Source of the DNA: Octopus bimaculoides
Taxonomy: Eukaryota
Length of the DNA stretch: 64,000 nucleotides
Direction of reading: 5' to 3'
NCBI RefSeq assembly: GCF_001194135.2
Contig: NC_068981.1
Coordinates: forward strand, 193,763,685 to 193,827,684
Notes under the pieces: generated by a model
What the model saw: the letters and a program-made list of their open reading frames with translations, nothing else
Database searches by the model: none
Told to the model about the DNA's origin: nothing
Shown here: one piece after another, positions 23,917-35,589 of the stretch
Layout of the letters: each line of letters starts with the position of its first letter
How positions within the stretch are numbered: the stretch's first letter is position 1
Program-made: the position numbers and the translations under genes

Positions 23917-25029
23917 TAGGGGTTGGACAAAATAATGGAAACACACAGCTTCATAATTTTGAAATATCTATAAAACCGTCAAAAGCTTGTTTATTTTTAT
24001 GTTTTTTGATTTATTATTTGTGTTGCTTAATATGTTTTGCTAAAATTGCTGTTTCTTTTCAGATATCGTTAGAAAAAGCTAATTAAAGTCGTTAAAATGA
24101 CAGATCTATTGGACTTTCAAAGAGGTTAAATTGTTGGTGCTCATATGGCAGGTGTTAGTGTAACGAAAACAGCCGAAATGTTTGGTGTATCAAGAAGTAC
24201 TGTCCTGAAAGTAATGACAGCCTTTGAGAAAGAGGGGAAAAAATCTCTTCGTTGAAACAAAACTCCGGAAGAAAACCAAAACTTTCAGATAGCGACCGTC
24301 GGACTCTTACCCGAATTGTTAGAATGGATCACAAAAGTACAGCTCCCAAAATTACCGCAGAGCTTAATGACTACCTCGAGAACCCAGTTTTCACAAAAAC
24401 CATTCGCTGGGAGTTGCACAAAGCTGGATTTCATGAGAGGACTGCAATCAGAAAACCACTACTTTCAAAAACAAATGTTACAAAGCGTTTAGAGTGGAGT
24501 AAAAAACCTACAGAATTGGTCCCTAGAGCAGTAGAAGAATGTTATTTTCCCGGATGAGTCAACCTTTACCTTATTTCCGACCACTGGCCGAGTATATGTG
24601 TGGAAACAGCCAAAAGAAGCATTTGACCCAGACTGCCTTTTTCCAACTGTTAAGCATGGAGGATGATCTGTGACGATCTGGGGCGCTATATCTTGGAAAT
24701 CTGCCAGCCCAGTGGTTTCTCTTCATAGCAGAATTAATAGTCAAGACTATTTAAGCATTTTATCTGATCAAATTCATCCTATGGTTGTAGAACTGTTTCC
24801 GGAGGGAAATGCAATCTTTCAGGATGATAATGTACTAATTCACACAGTTAAAGTTGTTACTGAATGGCACGAGAAACATTCTAGTGAAGTTGAACATTCT
24901 ATCTGGCCACCACAGTCCCCAGATCTCAATATTATTGAACATTTATGGTGCATTTTATGAAAACAAGTAAGGAGTTGATATCTTCTACCATCATCACTAC
25001 AAGAACTGGAAACTGTTTTAGCTGAAGAN
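23917..25029 (+). mobile_element. Tc1-like (DD34E-type) transposon, degenerate, 3' end in gap
   Basis: Left end GGGGTTGGACAAAATAATGGAAACAC, ATG at 24097 (MTDLLDFQRG), then GRKPKLSDSDRR, FQDDN and WPPQSPDLNIIEHLW. Contains stops and frameshifts. Confidence 0.92.
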
Positions 25030-26215
25030 NNNNNNNNNNNNNNNNNNNNNNNNNNNNNNNNNNNNNNNNNNNNNNNNNNNNNNNNNNNNNNNNNNNNNNN
25101 NNNNNNNNNNNNNNNNNNNNNNNNNNNNNNNNNNNNNNNNNNNNNNNNNNNNNNNNNNNNNNNNNNNNNNNNNNNNNNNNNNNNNNNNNNNNNNNNNNNN
25201 NNNNNNNNNNNNNNNNNNNNNNNNNNNNNNNNNNNNNNNNNNNNNNNNNNNNNNNNNNNNNNNNNNNNNNNNNNNNNNNNNNNNNNNNNNNNNNNNNNNN
25301 NNNNNNNNNNNNNNNNNNNNNNNNNNNNNNNNNNNNNNNNNNNNNNNNNNNNNNNNNNNNNNNNNNNNNNNNNNNNNNNNNNNNNNNNNNNNNNNNNNNN
25401 NNNNNNNNNNNNNNNNNNNNNNNNNNNNNNNNNNNNNNNNNNNNNNNNNNNNNNNNNNNNNNNNNNNNNNNNNNNNNNNNNNNNNNNNNNNNNNNNNNNN
25501 NNNNNNNNNNNNNNNNNNNNNNNNNNNNNNNNNNNNNNNNNNNNNNNNNNNNNNNNNNNNNNNNNNNNNNNNNNNNNNNNNNNNNNNNNNNNNNNNNNNN
25601 NNNNNNNNNNNNNNNNNNNNNNNNNNNNNNNNNNNNNNNNNNNNNNNNNNNNNNNNNNNNNNNNNNNNNNNNNNNNNNNNNNNNNNNNNNNNNNNNNNNN
25701 NNNNNNNNNNNNNNNNNNNNNNNNNNNNNNNNNNNNNNNNNNNNNNNNNNNNNNNNNNNNNNNNNNNNNNNNNNNNNNNNNNNNNNNNNNNNNNNNNNNN
25801 NNNNNNNNNNNNNNNNNNNNNNNNNNNNNNNNNNNNNNNNNNNNNNNNNNNNNNNNNNNNNNNNNNNNNCCGACATCTACAAAACTGAGTTCTAAAAGTG
25901 CTGTGTTTCACCCACGCATAACAATAAAACTTTCCACAGACCTTACCCCAACAAACCAAACTACATCTCTTCCCCCTTCTCTTGTTCTTCCTTCTGGCTG
26001 GGTGACCATGGATCTCCTTCACAGCAGCACACCTATTTCTGTCCTCATTCTTGATAACTCTCCCTCCCTCTCTGGCTGGGTAACCATGTACCTCTCTCTG
26101 TCATACTATTACATATGGAAAGCATTTATTCATCAAAATATATTCCATTATATCTTATTGTCTGTCACCATCATTGTGCCAGAATCTCAGGTCCACACTT
26201 ATACCATTTGTTTAG

Positions 26216-27250
26216 AAGCAAAAAAACTTCCTGCATCCACTTTCAAACATCTACATTGTTGAAACTCTGTCCATCTAGGGAATGAGCCATGGCTTGGAAA
26301 AAGTGGTAATCTGGTGGTGCAAGGTTTGGACCATAGGCAGGGAGAGGCAGCACTTCCAGCTCCTCAAGTTCTTCGAGTTTGTGCTTGGTAACATCAGTAG
26401 TGTATGCCGAGAAATTGCCATATTCTAAGAGTATGCGTCTTTGATTGACCAATTCTGGGTAGGGTGCTTTCAAAGCATCATATTCTCACTGCAGTTATGG
26501 AGAATAAAGGTTGGCATTCACAGCATGACCATGTGGGATAAGCTCAAACTGCAACTGTACCTTGAAATTCCACCAAATGTACGACATGACCTTCTGTTCC
26601 ATATTTAAGAGATGAGGAATTATTTACATTATTTACATTTGATGGATATTTGTCATCTTGTTTGTTGTTAACACACCGTTTCGGCTGATATACCCTCCAG
26701 CCTTCCTCAGATATCTTGGGGAAATTTTGAACCTGGGTTCTCATTCCTAAGGTATTTTTCGATGTTATTATTATTATTATTATTCAGGTCACTGCCTGGA
26801 ATCAAACTCGGAATCTTGAGGTTAGTAGCCCATGCTCTTAACCACTATGCTATATGCCCGTGGGCATATGAAATGAGAACCCAGGTTTGAAATTTCCCCC
26901 AAGACACCTGATGAAGGCTGGAGGGTATATCAGCCGAAAAGTTGTGTTAACAACAAACAAGATGAGGACAAATATCCATCAAATGTAAATAATGTAAATA
27001 ATGAACATGACCTTCTGTTCAAAACAACCCTGTTTGAAAACAGGTTCTGAAGCCTGGCTTGAATGGAAGCACTAATTCCTCTAATTGGGAATACAGAAAT
27101 AGGTCCATTTTTATCCCTCAGTTACAATTCAACACCAAAAACTGGCATTTCAATGATTTTTCAGTAGTTGTTTGCTAATTGTTTACATGTCATTAAGCCT
27201 GGTCAATGGTCAGTTCACAAGGAGCTTCTCAGCAGAGTTTGCTCACGAGG
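26216..27250 (-). mobile_element. mariner (DD34D-type) relic interrupted by the HHR-SINE dimer
   Basis: Minus strand gives VTxDEKW-like sequence at about 27100. PVFKQGCF|EQKVMSYIWWNF is continuous across the insertion, followed by LPAYGPNLAPPDYHFF. Confidence 0.85.
26600..27004. mobile_element. Head-to-head dimer of a tRNA-headed, hammerhead-bearing SINE
   Basis: Full copy on - (about 26859 to 26600) and a partial copy on + (about 26870-27004). Flanked by the direct repeat ACATGACCTTCTGTTC at 26584-26599 and 27005-27020. HHR motifs at 26670-26715 (-) and 26903-26948 (+). Confidence 0.88.
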
Positions 27251-27360
27251 CCAAACTTATGGGGGTGCTGACTGATGCTGGTAAACCGTCTGAACCATTA
27301 CCATGTTGGGTAAAATGCTAAGCAACATTTTGTTCACCTTTACCTTTTGAGATCAAATTC

Positions 27361-27580
27361 TTTTCTACTCTAGGCACAAAGCCCGAAGTTTTGGGGGAGG
27401 GGGGAAGTCGATTAGATCAACCCCAGTACGCAACAGGTACTTAATTTATCGACCCTGAAAGGATGAAAGGCAAAGTCGACCTCAGCAGAATTTGAACTCA
27501 GAATGTAACAGTAGACAAAATACTGCTAAGCATTTCATGCTAATGATTCTGGTATGCTAACGTTTCTGCCAGCTCGTCGC
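27361..27580 (-). mobile_element. SINE B inserted into an older SINE B
   Basis: 18-bp TSD CCTTTTGAGATCAAATTC at 27343-27360 and 27581-27598. The flanks rejoin into a + strand SINE B. Confidence 0.88.
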
Positions 27581-27914
27581 CCTTTTGAGATCAAATTCTA
27601 CCAAGATCAGCTTTGCTTTTCACCCTTTCGAGGATAATAAAATAAATACCAGTTGCACACTGGGGGCCTATGTAATTGACTTCTCCATTCCTGTAAGTAC
27701 AGGAGCAGGTGCAAAAGTTGGTATACAGTAAGTACCACATCAATGTCATAATACTTAATTCATTAAAATTATTAACACATTAAATTAGTTAGCCTCATTT
27801 TTGATATTTTCAGTATCATTAATCCTAATAATACTTTTATCATAACCTTCAACTTTTTTCATAGAAATAAATGAAAATTGTACACGTTTCCGTTTTTCTT
27901 AACTGTTATGTCTT

Positions 27915-27985
27915 GACTATAATGTACTGAAGAGTAAAGAGTGCAGTACTATACTGATTACGAAATCATGATATACTGTTAAGTC
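27915..27985 (+). ncRNA. Type I hammerhead ribozyme candidate, copy 1
   Basis: GACU-AUAAU-GUA-CUGAAGA-GUAA...UUAC-GAA-AUCAUGAU-A^UAC-UGUUA-AGUC. The core is intact with G10.1-C11.1, stem III is palindromic, and cleavage is predicted after 27973. Confidence 0.72.
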
Positions 27986-28406
27986 TGTTTTTAGGAGGAT
28001 CACTTAGAGAGTTGCATTCCCTCACGTTTGGTAAAAATGTGTTTATTATGGTAGCTTGACTTTTAGAATCCCTCCTAGCATGAGGCATTTATGTATAGTA
28101 ATGCCCTTAATATAAATAAATATATTTATAGGGAATAATTAATAAATTTTTCCCTTATGATGTTTATTCACACTAACTACTTGATAAGTTCTTATAAAGA
28201 TTTTATCCGATATTTAAATTGTAAATTTAACCAGAATATATTCAATGCTGAATTTTATTCTGAAAAAAATACATGTACCGAGATGCAATTCGAAAAGCCT
28301 GCCTCTTACATAGATATATAGGGATAAACAATTTTCTATGTACTGTGCTGGATACATGGAGTGTTTGTCTGGTATATTGATTTTTTTGCTTATTTTTATG
28401 TGTCTT

Positions 28407-28478
28407 GACTATACATGTACTGAAGAGTAAAGAGTGCAGTACTGCGATGATTACGAAATCATGATATACCGTTAAGTC
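28407..28478 (+). ncRNA. Type I hammerhead ribozyme candidate, copy 2
   Basis: GACU-AUACAU-GUA-CUGAAGA-GUAA...UUAC-GAA-AUCAUGAU-A^UAC-CGUUA-AGUC, with cleavage predicted after 28466. Lies in the second copy of an about 210-bp direct repeat (about 27910-28120 and 28400-28600). Confidence 0.72.
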
Positions 28479-29466
28479 TGTTTTTAGGAGGATCGCTTCA
28501 AGAGTTGTAAAGATGTGTTTATTATGGTAGGTTGACTTTTCGAGTCCCTCCTAGCATGAGGCATTTATGTATAGCAATGCCCTTAATATAAATAAATATA
28601 CTAACTGTATATATACTTTCATAACAGTATATATACTTCTGTATTCCACTTCCTCAATTCTCTGCCTACAGTAACAGTTCTGTTAAGAAGAGCTCCAACA
28701 TTCCATGTAGCATCATTGAATATGATTCTATTCTTTAGAAAATTGTTCTGGAAATCCTTTTTTTCATTTCCTTGCTTCTCCTGCTGGTATGAATGGCCGT
28801 CAGCCACGAGTAGCTGACGAGCTTAATGGTGGAGCGATGTTTATGTCACCTTTTCTAGACCTCTCCTAATTTTTGGATGAGCAGTAAGGCAACAAGCTGG
28901 CAGAATCGTTAGCATGCCAGGCAAGATGCTTAGCAGCATTTCATCCATCTTTACATTCTGAGTTCAAATTCTACCAAGGCAGACTTTACCTTTCATCCTT
29001 TTGGGGTTAATAAAATAAATACCAGCTGTGTACTAGGGACTCTAAAAGTCAAACTACCATAATAAACACATGTGTACTACTCCACTTAAATTGCTGGCCT
29101 TGTGCCGAATTTTAAACCAATATTTCAGTGAACAGTGTTCTACCTTAAAAGAACTGAGCAGTCACAAAGGACTCTGCCCAAGCCAGTTCCTGCTCCACAA
29201 ACGGACAACGGAGTTAGACAAGCCTTAAACCACCTCTGTGTAGATCAGCAACTGTATTCCTCCAACTCATTAAGATTGTTTGTGTTGCTTCTTTCCCAGC
29301 ACTACAGGACTACAAAGAGATATTTGCACATGGAAATCAAAGCAGCATGTGCTTGTGTTACATAAATACCACCCTCTAAGTGTCAACAGCTGAGAGGGAC
29401 ACTCTGAAAAACCTGCAGTTGATGCAGTCATCAATCATCTTGCACCTGCAGGTAATAAAATATATA

Positions 29467-30960
29467 TATCATCATCATCATCATTTAGCATCCATTGTCC
29501 ATGCTGGCATGGGTTGGATGGTTTGACCAGGACTGGTAAGCTGAGGGGCTGTACCAGACTCCAGTCTGATTTGGCATGGTTTCTATGGCTAGATGCCCTT
29601 CCCAACACCAACCACTCTGATTGTGTAATGGGTGCTTTTATGTGCCAGTTGTGTGACACAAGTATCTGCTGTGACTGCGATTCTGCTCAGATTGAAGGGT
29701 CTTCTTCTCAAGCTAAGTATAAAGGTCTTGGTCATTTGTCATTACCTCCATGAGGCCCAGCACTCGAAAGGTGCTTTTTACATGCCACTAGCACAGATGC
29801 TAGTTATGCAACACCAGCACTGGCAACATTGCCTCCGTGAGGTCTAACACTCAAAAGGTGCCTTTTATGTTCCACCAGCACAGGTACCACAGTTATGTGA
29901 CACTAACAATGGCCACAATTACGATTTCACTTGGCTTGACGGGTCTTTTCAAGCACAGCATGTCACCAAACATCTCAGTCACCAGTCATTGCCTCCATGA
30001 GGCCCAACATTCAAAGAGCGTGCTTCACCACCTCATTTCATGTCTCCTTGGATCTCCCTCTTCCACAACTTCTTTCCACTGGTAGAGGTTGGCACCTCTT
30101 CACACAGCTGTCCACAACCATATGCATCACATGACCATACCAGAGCAGTCGTCTCTCTAGCACACCCTATCTGATGCTTCTTATGCCCAGCTTTTCTCTC
30201 AAGATGTTTACACTCTGTCGCACATGCACCCTGACATTGCACATCTAGCAAAGCATACTAGATTCATTTTTTTCAAGCCTTTGTATGTCCTCTGCAGTCA
30301 CAGCCCATGTTTCACTTTTGTGTAGCATGGCTGTTTGCACACAGGCATCATACAATCTGCTTTTTACTCTGAGGGACAGGCCCTTTATTACCAACAGAGG
30401 TGGAGGCTCTCTGAACTTTACCCACATTCTTATTCTAGCAGTTATGCTCTCAGAGCATCCACCCATGCTACTGACTTGGTTACCTAGGTAACGGAAGCTA
30501 TCAAATACTAGTTTTCCACCCTGGCTTTTGATGGAGTCTATTTTCTCTACATTTTTAGTGTTAACTGTACCTGTGCACCTTCCACACACAAAAACTAGTT
30601 TCCCAGTTAACCTTCCTCTAATATTGTTGCACCTCTTATGTGTGCATAGCTTACACAGGGTACATCTATCTATATATATATATATATAATTAATATCAGG
30701 GTAAGAAAAAATTTTAGAAATGTTTACAACCAGTGACCTTTCACTCTGAGGGAGAGGCCCTTTATTACCAGCAGAAGTAGAAGCTCTCTGAACTTTACCC
30801 AACCCATTGTATAATGCCTGTGTGCGAACAGCCATGCTACACAAAAGTGAAAGATGGGCTGTGACTGCAGAGGACATGTAAGCTTGAAAAAAATGAATCT
30901 AGTATGCTTTGCTAGATGTGCAATGTCAGTGTGCATGTGCAATAGAGTGTAAGCATCTTA
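29467..30960 (-). mobile_element. RTE LINE 3' portion with a local duplication of the GLSLRVK segment
   Basis: GLSLRVKSRLYDACVQTAMLHKSETWAVTAEDIQRLEKNE, followed by the 3' UTR and an (ATC)n tail at about 29467-29485. Confidence 0.9.
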
Positions 30961-31191
30961 TATACATACATACACACACACACACACACATGCATCTTGT
31001 TTCTGCCTGTCTCTGTCTCTTCCCTTTGTATTTGAATACTTTGCAAATATTCTTTTAAAAAACTTTCCATTTAATTTTCCCAAAATTTAATCGTTTTTCC
31101 ATACTTACATTTCAAAAAGTCTCAATGACTGAAACGGTACTGAAATGTTTTTTATAAAATTATTTTACCATTTTCTACCATGACTTTTTTC

Positions 31192-31235
<44 letters not shown>

Positions 31236-31405
31236 AGGTTTGGAGGTGATGTACAGAAATTATATAGAAAAAAATTAAGGTACTCAGAAATCTGGATGTT
31301 TGTACATTTACAGATTTTTATTAATGTCACATGTTTTATAAATTAAATAAAGCGCTTTTCACCTAATCGTGTAGGATTTTCAAATTGTTTTGTGTGTGCG
31401 GAGGG

Positions 31406-31845
31406 GTCTCTTTATATAGTTTTATTGAGTGTGTAGGGGTGGAGAGAGAGATATATAGGATAGTAAGAGAGGGTGAGGAATGGAGGGAAAAGTGAGAGAG
31501 AGAGTGTGTGTGTGTGTGTGTGAGTATGTGTTTTTTTTGTGTTGGTGTGTGTGTCTGTGTGTGTGCGTGTGTGTGTGTGTCGATGGGAAAGAGAAAAGAA
31601 GAAAATTGGGTTCATAGCTGGTTAGTTCTTTTCAATGATAACCAGCTATGAACCCAATTTTCTTCTCTTCTCTTTCCCATTGACACACACACACGCACAC
31701 ACACAGACACACACACCAACACAAAAAACACACACTCACACACACTCTCTCTCTCTCACTTTTCCCTCCATTCCTCACCCTCTCTTACTATCCTATATAT
31801 CTCTCTCTCCACCCCTACACACTCAATAAAACTATATAAAGAGAC
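31406..31845. repeat. Near-perfect palindrome of about 440 bp abutting a gap
   Basis: 31406-31624 is inverted against 31639-31845, with a 14-bp spacer and a few substitutions or indels between the arms. Confidence 0.9.
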
Positions 31846-33100
31846 NNNNNNNNNNNNNNNNNNNNNNNNNNNNNNNNNNNNNNNNNNNNNNNNNNNNNNN
31901 NNNNNNNNNNNNNNNNNNNNNNNNNNNNNNNNNNNNNNNNNNNNNNNNNNNNNNNNNNNNNNNNNNNNNNNNNNNNNNNNNNNNNNNNNNNNNNNNNNNN
32001 NNNNNNNNNNNNNNNNNNNNNNNNNNNNNNNNNNNNNNNNNNNNNNNNNNNNNNNNNNNNNNNNNNNNNNNNNNNNNNNNNNNNNNNNNNNNNNNNNNNN
32101 NNNNNNNNNNNNNNNNNNNNNNNNNNNNNNNNNNNNNNNNNNNNNNNNNNNNNNNNNNNNNNNNNNNNNNNNNNNNNNNNNNNNNNNNNNNNNNNNNNNN
32201 NNNNNNNNNNNNNNNNNNNTGAATAAAAGAGAATGCAGGAGGCTCAGTTAATTATGATTTTATTCAACATATTCCCCTCTCAGAATCACACACTTATTGC
32301 CACAGTCCTTTAGATTTTTTAAACCCTGTAAGAGAACTCAGAAGGTTGGGCCTCCAACCAGGCTTTTCGCAATCCCCTTAAAGCCAGGAACTTTTCAGCA
32401 CCCCTTCGTGTGCGCGCGTGTGTGTGTGTGTGTGTGTATAAACTTACAAAACGTGTATATATATAAACATACAAACACGCCAACACACACACAAACACAC
32501 ATATAGCAAAGCAAATACAAGAAAGCAATAACAATGATAAACAAAAAAAAGTTCAAAGAACTTTCACAGTGAACATTACTATAGATGATGATGATGATGA
32601 TGATGATGATGGACAATGATGACAATGAACATGATGACAATGTTGGTGGTGATGCTGCTGATGATGATGATGGCAGCAAAGACTATGATAGCAAACTGTA
32701 TTTCATGAAAATCTCTAGTGTCTGACAAGATGAGCTGACATATGTAATTAAAATACAAAAGGACTTTGTGAGTTTTTAAGTATTGTATGGGAACTTGAAA
32801 TACTTCTTTGAGCAAGTCCTGATTTTTGTCTTGGTATAGAATAAATAACTTCAAGTGTTTTTCCTGATTCAGAGGAAACACTTTGGGGGGAAAAACCACC
32901 ACAAAAAGATCAACAGGGTTTTAGATAGGATAATCAAAGGAAAATCTGAGTCAATTTGATAACAAAAAGAGATTATTGTTGTGAGATCATCTTGAAATAA
33001 TTAAAATAGAACATTGTTCAGTTGTGGTTGAGAGCTGGATTGGAAAACAACAATATTGACTTTTTATTAACAGCCTAATTGATGTTGATCTTGATGTTTA

Positions 33101-33452
33101 CCCTTTAGCATTTAAACTGGACATATATTCTACCAATTTTATGTTCAAACTGGCCAGAGCAGTCCTCTCACACCAACCCAATAATGTCATTCTAAAAATC
33201 CCCTGAGTGGCTCCCATGCCAGTGGCATGTAAAAAGCACTTTCCGAACATGATCGATGCCAGGCCCGCCTGACTGGCTCCTGTGCTGGTGGCACATAAAA
33301 TGCACCTACTACACTCTCGGAGTGGTTGGAGTTAGGAAGGGCATCCAGTTGTAGAAACCTTGCCAGGTAAGATTGGAGCCTGGTGCAGCCACTGGCTCTC
33401 CAGACCTCAGTCAAACTGCCCAACCCATGCCAGCATGGAAAACGAATGTTGA

Positions 33453-33483
<31 letters not shown>

Positions 33484-33589
33484 CATTAGTGAAATTTTGA
33501 AGTTGCAAGATAATGTATGATTAATTCAAAATAATGCGAAGAAATAAGTGTTACAGTTGACAGAATAATGTAAACGCTAAAGGGCTTAA
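33101..33589. mobile_element. piggyBac-like MITE interrupted by an RTE tail (about 33203-33483)
   Basis: TTTA-CCCTTTAGCATTT ... AAACGCTAAAGGG-CTTAA. Confidence 0.6.
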
Positions 33590-34949
33590 CCACAGATTAG
33601 ATCGTGTCAAGGAGATCCATGCTCAAAATGCTCCAGCTAGGTCTTATTTCTGGACAATAGTTTGCCTTGACCTTTAACTTTCCAATGGGGGCTGATGAAA
33701 TTAAGGTCCTAGTTCAGGCACCTCTTCCACATAAATTTGAGACCTTGGGTCTGTCTCTTAGCTTTCACTTGTTTCAGACATTGGACTGTGGCCATGCAGG
33801 GGCACCCTGACAGTCCAATGCAAGTACTTACATCTTTCAATCTGGTATTTATTCTATCAATGTCTTTTGTTGAACTGCTAAGTTATGGGGATGTAAAGAA
33901 ACCAACACCCGTTGCCAAGTGAGGGTGGGGAACAAACACAGACACATAGATATATATACATACATGGCATTAGGAAGGGCATCCAGCCATGGAAACCATG
34001 CCAAATCAGACTGGAGTCTGGTGCAGCTCTCCAGCGTGCAAGCTCTGGTCAAACCNNNNNNNNNNGTGCAGCTCTCCAGCGTGCAAGCTCTGGTCAAACC
34101 ATCCAATCCATGCCAGCATGGACAACAGATGTTAAATGATGATGATGATGATATGTGTATCCAACAGGCTTCTTTCAGTTTTCATCCACCAAACAAGGCT
34201 TTGGTCAGCCCAGAGATATAGTAGAAAACACTTGCCCAAAATTCAAAAAAGTGTGACTGAACCGATGGCCACATGATCAACAAGCAGGCCTCTTAACCAC
34301 ACAGCCGCACTTGTGCCGATATATATATATATTTGGTTTTCTTGAGTCCAGGAACTCATAAAGCTTGGTTTCCATGCCATATAATTGACCAAGATCACAA
34401 CATTTCCCTGAATGGGATGCTGGTCCATTACAGTGTTCAAGGCGAGCAATTTGAGGGGAGGGGCAAGTCGGTTATATCAGTCCCAGTACTTGACTGTGAC
34501 TTTATTTTATCAACCTTGAAAAGATGAAAAGTGGAGTTGACTTCATCAGGATTTGATCTCAGACTGTAAAAAGGCAGAAGAAATGTTGCAAAGGATTTCG
34601 TCCACCATGCTGACAAATATGATGACTCACCACCATTTTGGCCTATATTTATTTCTTAATTGCCAGTAGGGGGCTAAAACATAGAAGGGACAAACAAGGA
34701 CAGACAAAGGGATTAAGTTGATTACATTGATCCCAGTAGTGTGTAAACTGGCACTTATTTAATCGACCCTGAAAGGATGAAAGGAAAAGTCACCCTTGGC
34801 GGAATTTGAACCAGCACACAATCTCAGATCAGGTCACTCATTATACAAGTACATCTCCGTAATATATATATATATANNNNNNNNNNNNNNNNNNNNNNNN
34901 NNNNNNNNNNNNNNNNNNNNNNNNNNTCCATACTGTAAAGTGGCTGGCA

Positions 34950-35480
34950 TTTGGAAGGGCATCCGGTGGTAAATCTCTCATCTCAGCTAGGTTTTCCCAT
35001 AGGACGCCCCACATAGGGGTTTTAGTAGTGCATACTAGAGGAGTCACAGGGCACTGTTCCATGTGGTCCCGCAGTTTCCATCTAACTAAGAATATTAGGG
35101 TCTCATCCATTGTCTTGTATTCAAGATCCCCTGCATGACATCCTGCTAATTCAAAGCCAGGAATCTGATTTATTAGGTCCTGCCGATAATTAAATCCACG
35201 CCCTGCTGCCGACGCTTCGATTTATTGTCGTTAAGGTTTTGTCTATTTTCTACCCTTCAACCTGTCTGGCCAGGTAAGACCTGCCTGAAGATTTCTCTCC
35301 CTCCAGCATATCTCTCCGAGTCAATGGAGCACACAAGTACTTCACTGTGACAAGGTACTTGTTGAATTGACCGTTGACTACACAGTAGTTCTTCCGCCCT
35401 TTGACGGGTCTTATTTTTCGTCCCGCAGGGTGTCCAACAATCACCCTCCTCACCAAGCAAGCTTGATGGGGTTTCCATTT
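34950..35480 (-). mobile_element. Possible decayed LINE C-terminal coding fragment
   Basis: GC-richer segment. The minus strand has a CWRERN motif reminiscent of the L1/Tx1 IWKERN, but it is heavily disrupted. Confidence 0.3.
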
Positions 35481-35589
35481 TAGTCGTCGGCAACCCGACC
35501 AAGTGACAGGTTGTACTGGGTTACATGTTACCAGGAGCGCTCAAGAGCAACCAGACTACAGCTGTAGAAAGCTTGCCAAAACTGACCTT

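Noticed and set aside
33995-34100. Short direct duplications flanking 10-N gaps (also about 37595-37700 and 47700-47810)
   Set aside because: Typical unmerged contig overlaps, not biological repeats.
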